From an uncultured Oscillospiraceae bacterium (GTDB lineage Bacteria; Bacillota; Clostridia; Oscillospirales; Ruminococcaceae), in contig CAZDLQ010000001.1 in the NCBI GenBank assembly GCA_964506315.1, forward strand, positions 1 to 28,827: a stretch of DNA of 28,827 nt. The letters run 5' to 3'. The notes below the pieces were generated by a model. It ran no database searches, was not told the DNA's origin, and saw only the letters and a list, made by a program, of their open reading frames with translations. Position numbers and translations under genes: made by a program. Below, piece by piece: positions 18,261 to 26,501 of this stretch. The stretch's first letter is position 1; each line of letters begins with the position of its first letter.

Positions 18261-18455
18261 TTAGTATTTTTTCATCATATTTATCGAGTCCCACATATCG
18301 TCGATCTCTCCGTTTAGGAGTGCAATTCTAATGTAAAGCTCGTCCCTGTGTCCGCCATCAAGACAGTATAGCTCACGCGTCAGCTCGTCCACTCTCTTTT
18401 CGAGAAGTCGGATTTGGGTTTTGTACTGCTCAATAAGCTCTTTATAGCTGCTCAT
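18261..18455 (-). CDS. 64-aa coiled-coil protein, first gene of the operon
   Basis: ATG 18455 with RBS GGGAGG; MSSYKELIEQYKTQIRLLEKRVDELTREL... Confidence 0.7.
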   Translation of the reverse strand: MSSYKELIEQYKTQIRLLEKRVDELTRELYCLDGGHRDELYIRIALLNGEIDDMWDSINMMKKY

Positions 18456-18542
18456 ATTTTCGCCTCCCGAAAATTTCTTACAAATCCATCTTAATACACA
18501 CTTTGCACCTTGAATGGACATTCTTGAATTTTTTAATTCCTC

Positions 18543-18571
18543 TTGCTCAAAAGACGCTTGTGTGCTAAAAT
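18543..18571 (+). promoter_or_regulatory. sigma-A promoter of the RluA-family gene
   Basis: TTGCTC-17bp-TAAAAT with extended -10 TG. Confidence 0.65.
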
Positions 18572-18599
18572 GTTTTTATACTAAATTGGGAGGGATAAA

Positions 18600-19550
18600 A
18601 TGCGCGAGATTACCATCAATAAAAACGACTGCGATCAGCGTCTTGACAAGTTTCTTTTTAAAACTCTCCCGAGTATGCCTGCCTCGCTTGTGCAAAAATC
18701 CATAAGAAAAGGCAGGGTGCGCATAAATGGCAAAAAAATAACCGATGCAAAGCATCGGCTAAATTTGGGCGACCTGCTGTCGCTTTATATAAATGACGAG
18801 TTTTTTGAGGAAAAGGCAAATAAAGCCTTGTTTTTGGCGGCTCCCGTAGGGCTCGATATAGTTTACGAGGACAACAACGTTATTTTTGTAAACAAACCCC
18901 CTGCCCTTGCCGTACACGATTTTGACGGCGGCGGTGCCGACACTCTAATCAACCGTATACTGCACTATCTCTACGATAAAAAGGAATTTGATTTTGAAAA
19001 CGAGAACAGCTTTGCGCCTGCGCTTTGCAACCGCATTGACCGCAACACCTGCGGCATAGTCATCGCGGCCAAAAACGCTGCCGCGCTAAAAGAAATGAAC
19101 GACGCTATTAAAGAGCGCCGCGTCATAAAAAAATATCTTTGCCTAACCCACGGCGCGCCCGAGAAAAACTCGGGCGAAATCGTGCTTTACCTTAAAAAAT
19201 TAGAGGACGAAAACCGCGTTTTAGTGAGCGAAAAGCCGCTTGCCGACTACAAAACCGCCATTAGTCTTTACAAGGTAATCTCCAAAGGAAGCGGCCGCGC
19301 GCTCATAGAAATCGAGCTTAAAACAGGCCGCACCCATCAAATAAGGGCCAGCCTTGCCCATTTGGGCCACGCCATTTGGGGCGACGGCAAATACGGCAAA
19401 ACCTACGCCGCCGACAAAGCCGCTGGCTTTAGCTATCAGGCCCTTTGCTCGTATCATTTGGGCTTTAACTTTGAGCCTTCCTGCACCCTCTCCTACCTCA
19501 ACGCCAAAACCTTTGAGGTAAAGGATATTTGGTTTAAGGATAGAATTTAA
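18600..19550 (+). CDS. RluA-family pseudouridine synthase (RluC/RluD-like, N-terminal S4 domain)
   Basis: QRLDKFL S4 domain, VNKPPALAVH, catalytic NRIDRNTCG, TGRTHQIR and GDGKYG. Confidence 0.93.
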   Translation: MREITINKNDCDQRLDKFLFKTLPSMPASLVQKSIRKGRVRINGKKITDAKHRLNLGDLLSLYINDEFFEEKANKALFLAAPVGLDIVYEDNNVIFVNKPPALAVHDFDGGGADTLINRILHYLYDKKEFDFENENSFAPALCNRIDRNTCGIVIAAKNAAALKEMNDAIKERRVIKKYLCLTHGAPEKNSGEIVLYLKKLEDENRVLVSEKPLADYKTAISLYKVISKGSGRALIEIELKTGRTHQIRASLAHLGHAIWGDGKYGKTYAADKAAGFSYQALCSYHLGFNFEPSCTLSYLNAKTFEVKDIWFKDRI

Positions 19551-19567
19551 TTAAAAAACACAAAAAG

Positions 19568-19597
19568 AAAACCCCTCCGCTTATGTGGAGGGGTTTT
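19568..19597. terminator. Bidirectional terminator
   Basis: AAAACCCCTCCGC-ttat-GTGGAGGGGTTTT between convergent genes. Confidence 0.8.
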
Positions 19598-19615
19598 AGC
19601 TTGTCATATTTTCGA

Positions 19616-22600
19616 TTATTTTACAATGGCTTCCGATTTAATAAGCGAGCTTCTTGTGGTAACAAAATCGTCTTGTACCTGAACTGCTATAGCGTAAACA
19701 AAGCCGTTTTTAGCATTTGCATCGGTGTAGCTTACTACTGTACCGTCGTCTATAGTAGCAATCTTTTTGAATGTCTTGCCACCGTTTGCCGAACGGCAAA
19801 TATAGTATCTAATGGCATTTGTATGCGCCTTCCAGGTAAGCTCCGCACCATTATCGGTTGCAATTGCGGTAAATCCTGCGTCTTCCCAATCAGTTGTGGT
19901 GATTGTGCCAAGTATTTCGGACATTCCGCTATAGTGCGCAGTGCCGTCAGCATCGACTATTCTTGTTTGGATTTGTACGTTATAGGTCGTGTTGGGCGCA
20001 AGACCGCTAACTGCGGCAATCGCCTTGTTAGATGCTCTTGTAATTGTTTCACCGCCGTCTACGGGAGTGAGATATGTCCAGTATTTGTCCGCGCCACGCA
20101 CCATATCAAAGCTTACAGCAACTTTATTAGGTGTAATACCGCGCTCACTAAAGGTATCGGGAGCAAAGACGTTAAGCCTTACGTCAACCGAGAGCGCATC
20201 AGCAGTCGCCATCTTGGCAACACCCCTGGTCGCAATCACGCGTACCTCATAGTCTACCTCAGGATTGATTGCATTGATAATGGTTGCTGAATTTGTAGTC
20301 GTTCCTACACTTGTTAAAACCGTAGGATATGCACCCTTCTCGTATACGTACACGTAATACAAGGTTGCGCCCTCATAAGCTCTCCAATCAACCTTAATAG
20401 TTCTACCAAGCGACTCGGTTTTAACGTCTACTATTCTATCACCTACTACTAAAGCGGCATCCTTATAAACTGTATCGAGCCATTTTGTTGTTTTTGCTCT
20501 AATACCGATTACATAATTTTTATCCCACTCAAGCTCACTCGGCCAAGAGAGAGTAACGCTTGTTTTATCGGCTGCGAGCGCTCTTGTGATAATCGTTTCG
20601 CCCTCTTCGTTTTTAACGTAAAGGTTGTATTTGGTTGTGCCCTCAATAGCGTCCCACGTTACTGTAATATCTTTATCAGTTGCAGTAATTTGCATATTTT
20701 GTACGCCGTTTATTGTAATCACAGGTGTGAAGTCGCGGTTTTCGGTTGCACCACAATTTTCGCAAGTGTAAATTGTGTAACCCTGTGATGTGGTAGTTGG
20801 TGCTATAACCTCTCCTACTACAAAATTGTGAATAGAGCATACAAGCTTATCTGAAATATAACAAATATACGGTTCGTACTCACAGTTACCCTGTATTGAG
20901 AATACATTCATCGTGAACGTTGTGTACTCTTTTCCGTTTACAAAATCAAAATCATCCGGATGAAGACTACCGGCACCAACCGTAAGTGCATAATATTTGC
21001 CTGCCTCAAAAACATCGCCTTTAGTTGTGGTAGTAAAGTTAATTCCGTCGGTAGAAACTACCCATTTTCCTTCACAACCCCATTCATGTATAATCGGCGT
21101 GGGATATACTTCAATTTCCGGCGAAAAATACGATGGTATTTTTTCGCCGACAATCGGCTCGGGCACTATTACGTTAAAGGTGTATTTTTCGGCAATTCCA
21201 CAATTTACACAGATATTATCCACGTAGTTGTGTGAAAGCAAAACAGCATATTCCTCTGTACTTTCACAGTTTTTACACTTCACTTTTTCGTAACCGTAAC
21301 CGTCAGTATCCAAAGGCGAGCAAGTGGTTGCCTCTTTTTCTTCGTAAACGTAATATTCGTGATTAAATGTTGGCGAAATCTCATCGGTAACGTAACTGTT
21401 ACCGCAAGCTGTACATGTATGAACCGTCTGCCCATTTGACGAGCAGGTCGGTGCAATTACTGTCGATTCGTAGCTGTGACCTGTTGCGCCAACGTAATTT
21501 TCGTTATACTTATCACCACAAATATTGCAATAATACGATGTATATCCGTCCTCCGTACAAGTGGGAGAAATATCATTTATTGTATAATCGTGTCCGATAG
21601 CATCAATATAGTCCTCCCTATATTCCGTTCCGCAATATTGACAGTAATATAACGTGTATCCAACTTCTATACAGGTTGGCTCTACTTGACCTTTTATAAG
21701 TTCCGTACTACTGTGTCCATATCTGCAAGAGACAAACTCATTCATCTTTTCTTGGGTTTCAAAAACATATACCGTTTCACTTGATGAATCAAAATATACG
21801 TAATTTTCAACCTTTACATAATCCTTTACAAAAACATTATCCAAGGATGAGTGCGCCGATAACACAAATCCACCATCGGGAATCATTTCACAGCCCACGC
21901 CATAAACGTTAGAAATAACCTTTCCTGTTGCATCAACCGCAGCCTCGCAACCATATTCATTTGTCATAGTGTTGCTACCATATTCTTGATTATAAAGAAT
22001 TACAGTTGCAGCTCCTCGAGAAATGTTTACACCGTCAAGTTTATAGCTATAATAATATAAATTGTTGTCGCTATCATATACTTCGCCAAACGAATCCTTT
22101 TTCCATATCGCATACAATGTTACACTTGAGTTTTCCGTATATGAAGCACCATACCAATACGAACCCGATGTAGCATTAGGATCTTTCGACCAGCCAATAA
22201 ACTTATATCCATCGCGAGTGGGTGCATCAACATATAAATACGCTGTTTCATCATGCGCTTTAATTCTTGGTAGCAATTCGCCCTCGCCGCCGTTTGCGTC
22301 ATAAGTAATTGTATAGGGATCATATTCGCAAATAAACATATTTGCTGTTGTGTTAGAATCGGTTGCCGCTCCGGCAGTCATATATCTATTTTCTGAGCCT
22401 GAAATCCAGCAAACATTACTATCAGTAATCAATGAAGCAATATGTGCATTCTCATCCTTCGCTTTATCAGTGGCAACTAATAAATGTCCGCCCTTAGATT
22501 CACAAAATGCCTTGGCCTTAGCCCACGTGGTGCTCATCATATAAACATCATAAGTTCGATTATTATATCTGCTTCTTGTGGCAAAAGACTCCTGTATACA

Positions 22601-24040
22601 GCTATCGCAAGTGTTTACGGTTTGATAACTACCTGTGCTTTCGGTATAACCGCAGGAGCAAACTCTGTATTTTTTGTGTGGATGGGCGGTATCGTAGCGA
22701 GTTGTGTTCCACGAAGTATTATTTGCGCCTGTGTACTGAATATCGCCGCAGGAGCACTTTTTATATTCTTTGTGAGGATGGGCTGTATCGTAGTATGTAG
22801 AAGAATATGAGTGCGTATGCTTCTTAGCATTCCAAAGCTCTAATAATTTAGCCCGGGTAGCAGGGCCGCAATGTCCGTCAACTTCCAAGCCATAATCAGA
22901 TTGGAATTCCTTGATTGTTGCAGCTGAATTAGGTCCGTATCGACCGTCAATATCAATACTGTATCCTAATTGATACAACACCGATTGTACCCATGCAACA
23001 TCTTCACCCGTCATAGTTGACGACGAAGACGAATATACTAAAGAGCGTTCGGGAATCTCATAGTCATCTGGGTTGGTGCTGCCGTAGGATACTGTTGGAT
23101 AGCAAGTTGTGCATCCACTCTTTTTTGTAGTACTACTTGTGGTAGCATAATATCCGCAAGAGCATTTTTTGTATTGCTTGTGTGGATGTACTGATTCATA
23201 ACCCCACGATAACGTGTGGGTGTGCGGTGCAGGTTCTATTCCGTCATAAACGTAATAATCATTACCGTTATATTTCACCTTATACCATGTATGTGGATAA
23301 TGATTTTGTACTGTTCCATAAACATAGAGCGTACCGCTTGTTAAAGTGTATTTTTCCTCGCAATATTTGTAAGGACCCGTCCTCACAGCTACCGTTTCGC
23401 CAGAAATAACCCTATAAGTACCCTGAATCGAATCACTAAGTCCAGTGTCATATGGATACTGATAAGTACATTTTGTACAAATACCCACATTGTTAAATAA
23501 AGATTTATTGTTGTTGTCTTTGTGAGTACATGAAGTTAAATGAATCGCATACACCACAGAAGCGCTTGAACTTGGTGTAATAGCTTCTTCATCCTTTGGA
23601 TTATTATGTGCATATACTAAAATTTCGCCCTCGCTATTGGTTTTGCCTGAATATAACATTGCATGTCCGGTATCCGTAGCACCACTTACATTTTCCCAAA
23701 TAATCACATCGCCCTTTGACAATGTACTCTTAAACATAGAAGCCTTTAAACGAGAATTTGATGACCACCCAGTACATGTAATCTTTGTACCATACTCCTG
23801 TAATTCTCTACCCAGATTTTTTGCATAAGTATTATAAACAGCTGTAAAACCGCCGGCCTTTAAACAGTCGGATACGAATTCGGCACACTTTCCCTTGCCA
23901 TCGTTATAATGTGCCTTTGCATATGCAATAGCTGCATCCGGATCATATGTAACCGTTGCCGCTGATGATGTGAATGACGACATAGGTAGTAGTGATATTA
24001 TCATAACAATTGTCAATATCCCCGACAAAAATTTTTTCAT
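19616..24040 (-). CDS. Large secreted multidomain cell-wall protein (amidase/CHAP-like, SH3-like, PG-binding, C-type lectin-like, InlB B-repeat, Cys/His repeats, FN3-like)
   Basis: Signal peptide; AIAYAKAH..CAEFVSDCL...GHAMLY...YAHN; GEDVAWVQSVLYQLGY...LEVDGHCGPAT; TWAKAKAFCESKGGHL; ITYDANGG...GYKFIGWS...TLYAIW; PTCxxxGYT repeats. Confidence 0.85.
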   Translation of the reverse strand: MKKFLSGILTIVMIISLLPMSSFTSSAATVTYDPDAAIAYAKAHYNDGKGKCAEFVSDCLKAGGFTAVYNTYAKNLGRELQEYGTKITCTGWSSNSRLKASMFKSTLSKGDVIIWENVSGATDTGHAMLYSGKTNSEGEILVYAHNNPKDEEAITPSSSASVVYAIHLTSCTHKDNNNKSLFNNVGICTKCTYQYPYDTGLSDSIQGTYRVISGETVAVRTGPYKYCEEKYTLTSGTLYVYGTVQNHYPHTWYKVKYNGNDYYVYDGIEPAPHTHTLSWGYESVHPHKQYKKCSCGYYATTSSTTKKSGCTTCYPTVSYGSTNPDDYEIPERSLVYSSSSSTMTGEDVAWVQSVLYQLGYSIDIDGRYGPNSAATIKEFQSDYGLEVDGHCGPATRAKLLELWNAKKHTHSYSSTYYDTAHPHKEYKKCSCGDIQYTGANNTSWNTTRYDTAHPHKKYRVCSCGYTESTGSYQTVNTCDSCIQESFATRSRYNNRTYDVYMMSTTWAKAKAFCESKGGHLLVATDKAKDENAHIASLITDSNVCWISGSENRYMTAGAATDSNTTANMFICEYDPYTITYDANGGEGELLPRIKAHDETAYLYVDAPTRDGYKFIGWSKDPNATSGSYWYGASYTENSSVTLYAIWKKDSFGEVYDSDNNLYYYSYKLDGVNISRGAATVILYNQEYGSNTMTNEYGCEAAVDATGKVISNVYGVGCEMIPDGGFVLSAHSSLDNVFVKDYVKVENYVYFDSSSETVYVFETQEKMNEFVSCRYGHSSTELIKGQVEPTCIEVGYTLYYCQYCGTEYREDYIDAIGHDYTINDISPTCTEDGYTSYYCNICGDKYNENYVGATGHSYESTVIAPTCSSNGQTVHTCTACGNSYVTDEISPTFNHEYYVYEEKEATTCSPLDTDGYGYEKVKCKNCESTEEYAVLLSHNYVDNICVNCGIAEKYTFNVIVPEPIVGEKIPSYFSPEIEVYPTPIIHEWGCEGKWVVSTDGINFTTTTKGDVFEAGKYYALTVGAGSLHPDDFDFVNGKEYTTFTMNVFSIQGNCEYEPYICYISDKLVCSIHNFVVGEVIAPTTTSQGYTIYTCENCGATENRDFTPVITINGVQNMQITATDKDITVTWDAIEGTTKYNLYVKNEEGETIITRALAADKTSVTLSWPSELEWDKNYVIGIRAKTTKWLDTVYKDAALVVGDRIVDVKTESLGRTIKVDWRAYEGATLYYVYVYEKGAYPTVLTSVGTTTNSATIINAINPEVDYEVRVIATRGVAKMATADALSVDVRLNVFAPDTFSERGITPNKVAVSFDMVRGADKYWTYLTPVDGGETITRASNKAIAAVSGLAPNTTYNVQIQTRIVDADGTAHYSGMSEILGTITTTDWEDAGFTAIATDNGAELTWKAHTNAIRYYICRSANGGKTFKKIATIDDGTVVSYTDANAKNGFVYAIAVQVQDDFVTTRSSLIKSEAIVK

Positions 24041-24053
24041 TTAAAATCCCCCT

Positions 24054-24261
24054 AAAAATAAAAAGTGCGGCTACCGAAGCAGCCGCACAAAAAACGCAAA
24101 CCCCGATAGTCGCGAAACCAATTCAATATAACAGCACCATGTACCCAACATTGATGGAATTTGCATTTTTATCAAATTCGTTTTGTTGGGCACAAAAACA
24201 ACGCAAAAAATCACCAATTTCTTGGTGTATAGTGCTTGTAATTATATTCAGTTGGCTTCGC
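24054..24261 (-). ncRNA. Structured 5' leader with a terminator directly before the 1474-aa gene (candidate attenuator/riboswitch)
   Basis: Long multistem closed by GCGAAGCCAA/TTGGTTTCGC, then terminator GTGCGGCTGC-ttcg-GTAGCCGCAC+T-run abutting the RBS. Confidence 0.6.
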
Positions 24262-24267
24262 AAGAAT

Positions 24268-24296
24268 ATTTTACCATATTGTTTTTGAAATTGCAA
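24268..24296 (-). promoter_or_regulatory. sigma-A promoter of the leader and surface-protein gene
   Basis: TTGCAA-17bp-TAAAAT with extended -10 TG on the minus strand. Confidence 0.75.
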
Positions 24297-24299
24297 CAA

Positions 24300-24330
24300 A
24301 AAAGACACCGTCTATAAAACGGTGTCTTTT
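24300..24330 (-). terminator. Intrinsic terminator of queT
   Basis: AAAAGACACCGT-N7-ACGGTGTCTTTT with a longer T-run on the minus strand. Confidence 0.8.
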
Positions 24331-24338
24331 AATTTTCG

Positions 24339-24863
24339 CTATTTTAAAATTTTATTTATAATACTGTTTTTGCTTTGCAAAAACAAAACTGCGCCGACTG
24401 CGCAAGGAAGCACTTCGCCGAGTGCCACGTATAGACAGGAAAGCGCCGTCGTTTGAAACGAAAAATCGCCAATAACCACAAATGCAATTTCCATTCCGAT
24501 AAAAAGTCCGTTTATCACAATCGGAGAAAGTGCCGCTAAAAATCCACGCAAGAAGCCTTTAAAATGCCTGCCTGCCGCGTAAGAAAGAAGCGCCGCCACA
24601 AGCGTCGCGCTCGTTCCCACTAAACAGTCTATAAGTCCGAGCGGATTAAGCCCCGCGAGAAAGCCTATTAGGTTCGAGAGAAAACAGCCAAGCGAAAGAC
24701 CCACTATTGAGGGCGGAAAAACCGCGGGCAAAACCGTCAGCACCTCGCTTATCCTGATTTGCACAGGTCCAAAGCTAATGGGCGCCGCCACAAGCGTGAG
24801 CGCGGTGTATAACGCCGCCACAAGCGCCGCCGAGGTTATAAATTTCAAGCCTTTATTTTTCAT
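24339..24863 (-). CDS. queT: QueT-family transporter (ECF S component)
   Basis: ALVAALYTALTL..APISFGPVQIRISEVLTVLP...GLSLGCFLSN motif; start ATG 24863 after AAGGTGG. Confidence 0.88.
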   Translation of the reverse strand: MKNKGLKFITSAALVAALYTALTLVAAPISFGPVQIRISEVLTVLPAVFPPSIVGLSLGCFLSNLIGFLAGLNPLGLIDCLVGTSATLVAALLSYAAGRHFKGFLRGFLAALSPIVINGLFIGMEIAFVVIGDFSFQTTALSCLYVALGEVLPCAVGAVLFLQSKNSIINKILK

Positions 24864-24893
24864 AAACGTCCACCTTTTAAAAAAATACAATTC

Positions 24894-24922
24894 ATTATAT
24901 CATTTTTGCCGATAAATTTCAA
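24894..24922 (-). promoter_or_regulatory. sigma-A promoter of queT
   Basis: TTGAAA-17bp-TATAAT with extended -10 TG. Confidence 0.8.
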
Positions 24923-25010
24923 TCTATATTTTTATCTTGATTTGTGCAAATGTTTTTATTTTATTTACATTGTTGTTACAACTTTTACCATTTTAGGATT
25001 TATAATAAAA

Positions 25011-25119
25011 GTACACCAAGGCTCCGCCGCAAGGGCCAAGGTGCGAGATTTTTTTCATGGTGTCCCCCTTGGACATCGGACGCACATCGGTTCACCCTCC
25101 CGATGTGCGTTTTTCTTTT
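25011..25119 (+). ncRNA. Candidate ~105-nt sRNA with C-rich loops
   Basis: TATAAT at 25001-25006, three successive hairpins, the last a terminator (GACGCACATCGG-ttcaccctc-CCGATGTGCGTT+T-run); no + strand gene upstream to terminate. Confidence 0.55.
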
Positions 25120-25177
25120 GTTGTTTTTTTGAGCGAAATGTATTATACTTAAATTAAACACGAAACGAGGTGAAAAA

Positions 25178-26377
25178 ATGCAGCTTCCAAAATACGCTCA
25201 AACGGTTATTGATAAACTCAGCTCCCGAGGCTTTGAGGCCTTTGCGGTTGGCGGCTGCGTTAGGGATAGCCTTTTGTCGCTTCCCATCTCCGACTACGAT
25301 ATCACCACCTCGGCAACGCCCGATGAGGTGAAATCGGCACTTAGCGGCTTCAAGCTTATTGAAACGGGCATCGCCCACGGCACCGTCACGGCACTTGTCG
25401 ACGGACACCACCTTGAAATTACCACCTTCCGCGCCGAAGGCTCTTACTCCGACTGCCGTCACCCCGACAGCGTCGCCTTTGGCGGTAGCCTTGAGGCCGA
25501 CCTTTCGCGCCGCGACTTTACAATGAACGCCATCGCCTACAACAAATCAGTCGGCTACATTGACCTTTTCGGCGGCATAGAGGATATATCCGCGCAGCTT
25601 ATCCGCGCTGTCGGCGATGCCGACGCGCGCCTTCGCGAAGACGCACTGCGTATTCTTCGCGCCCTTAGGTTTTCCGCCTGCCTCGGCTTTGAAATTGAAA
25701 GCAATACCAAAAAAGCCGTTTTGCAAAACTATCACCTGCTCTCCCACGTGTCAAAAGAGCGAATTTTCACCGAACTTAAAAGACTGATTTGCGGCAAAAA
25801 CGCCCACGCCGTCTTAATAGAATTTTACGAGGTTTTCGAGTTTGTTTTAGGGCTCTTTAAGGGGCAAGATTTTTATAAAAAAGCCGCCCAAACCATCTCA
25901 AGACTTGATAACTGCGCCTTTGAAAACCGCCTTGCCGCACTGTTTTTAGACTGCGACGAGCAAACCATAAAAACAGCCTTAACCTCTTTAAAGTCGGATA
26001 ACAAAACGGTAAAACACGTCTTAACGCTGACTTCTATCCCTCGGCTTTCGGCCTTAAACAAAATCGATGTTAAAAAACTGCTGTCGAGCCTCACCCAAAA
26101 CGAGCTTTTATCCGCCGCACACCTTCAGCTTGCCGCGAGCAAAATAGACAAAACCGCCGTCGCAGCATTAAACGCCCTAATAAACGAAATTTTAGAGAAC
26201 GGCGAGTGCTTTTCTCTATCACGGCTTGCTCTTTCGGGCGGCGACCTCGCCTCTCTTGGCTTTAAGGGCGCGCAAATCGGCAAAGCCCTGAGCCTAATTT
26301 TAAACGAGGTAATTTGCGACCGCCTGCCAAACGACAAATCCACCCTTCTACGCTTTGCCAAAACTCTAAAAAAATAA
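25178..26377 (+). CDS. cca: tRNA nucleotidyltransferase (CCA-adding/poly(A) polymerase family)
   Basis: VGGCVRD..DYDITT, EITTFR, DLSRRDFTMNA, EDALRILRALRF and SKERIFTEL. Confidence 0.92.
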   Translation: MQLPKYAQTVIDKLSSRGFEAFAVGGCVRDSLLSLPISDYDITTSATPDEVKSALSGFKLIETGIAHGTVTALVDGHHLEITTFRAEGSYSDCRHPDSVAFGGSLEADLSRRDFTMNAIAYNKSVGYIDLFGGIEDISAQLIRAVGDADARLREDALRILRALRFSACLGFEIESNTKKAVLQNYHLLSHVSKERIFTELKRLICGKNAHAVLIEFYEVFEFVLGLFKGQDFYKKAAQTISRLDNCAFENRLAALFLDCDEQTIKTALTSLKSDNKTVKHVLTLTSIPRLSALNKIDVKKLLSSLTQNELLSAAHLQLAASKIDKTAVAALNALINEILENGECFSLSRLALSGGDLASLGFKGAQIGKALSLILNEVICDRLPNDKSTLLRFAKTLKK

Positions 26378-26410
26378 ATCGTGCTATAATAAATTATTCC
26401 ATTTAGACTA

Positions 26411-26439
26411 TTGTAAATTTTTAATAAAGATGATATAAT
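26411..26439 (+). promoter_or_regulatory. sigma-A promoter of the acyltransferase
   Basis: TTGTAA-17bp-TATAAT with extended -10 TG. Confidence 0.7.
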
Positions 26440-26501
26440 ACTAAAATGTATTGTTAAAGCACCTGCAAAAGCGCAATAGGGTAGGCAAAGGAAGTGACAA
26501 A

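Larger units (their letters stand above)
8029..18455 (-). mobile_element. Phage-derived packaging/head/short-tail/lysis operon; GTA-like element or domesticated prophage remnant
   Basis: 15 co-oriented, closely spaced or overlapping ORFs including TerL, portal, N4-gp56 capsid, holin and M23 lysin; no integrase, repressor or replication gene; flanked directly by rpoD and an RluA gene. Confidence 0.8.

Noticed and set aside
8029..18455. Complete inducible prophage or PICI/satellite
   Set aside because: No integrase, repressor, primase or replication gene, and no att-like direct repeat noticed by eye at the borders (not exhaustively searched).
18520..18546. SigH-type promoter (AGGA...GAAT) for the phage-like operon
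   Set aside because: AGGA-to-GAAT spacing is 14 bp rather than the usual 17-18; not supportable.
24054..24261. c-di-GMP, c-di-AMP or T-box identity for the surface-protein leader
   Set aside because: I could not find their conserved sequence signatures; left as unclassified.
24864..24900. preQ1 riboswitch expected upstream of queT
   Set aside because: The promoter lies about 30 nt from the ATG, leaving no room, and no preQ1 motif is visible.
2832..26501. Upstream-extended starts for rpmE, dnaG, rpoD, nozzle-like gene, portal, the first operon gene, queT and the acyltransferase
   Set aside because: Downstream ATGs have clear RBSs and avoid long overlaps; starts were shortened.
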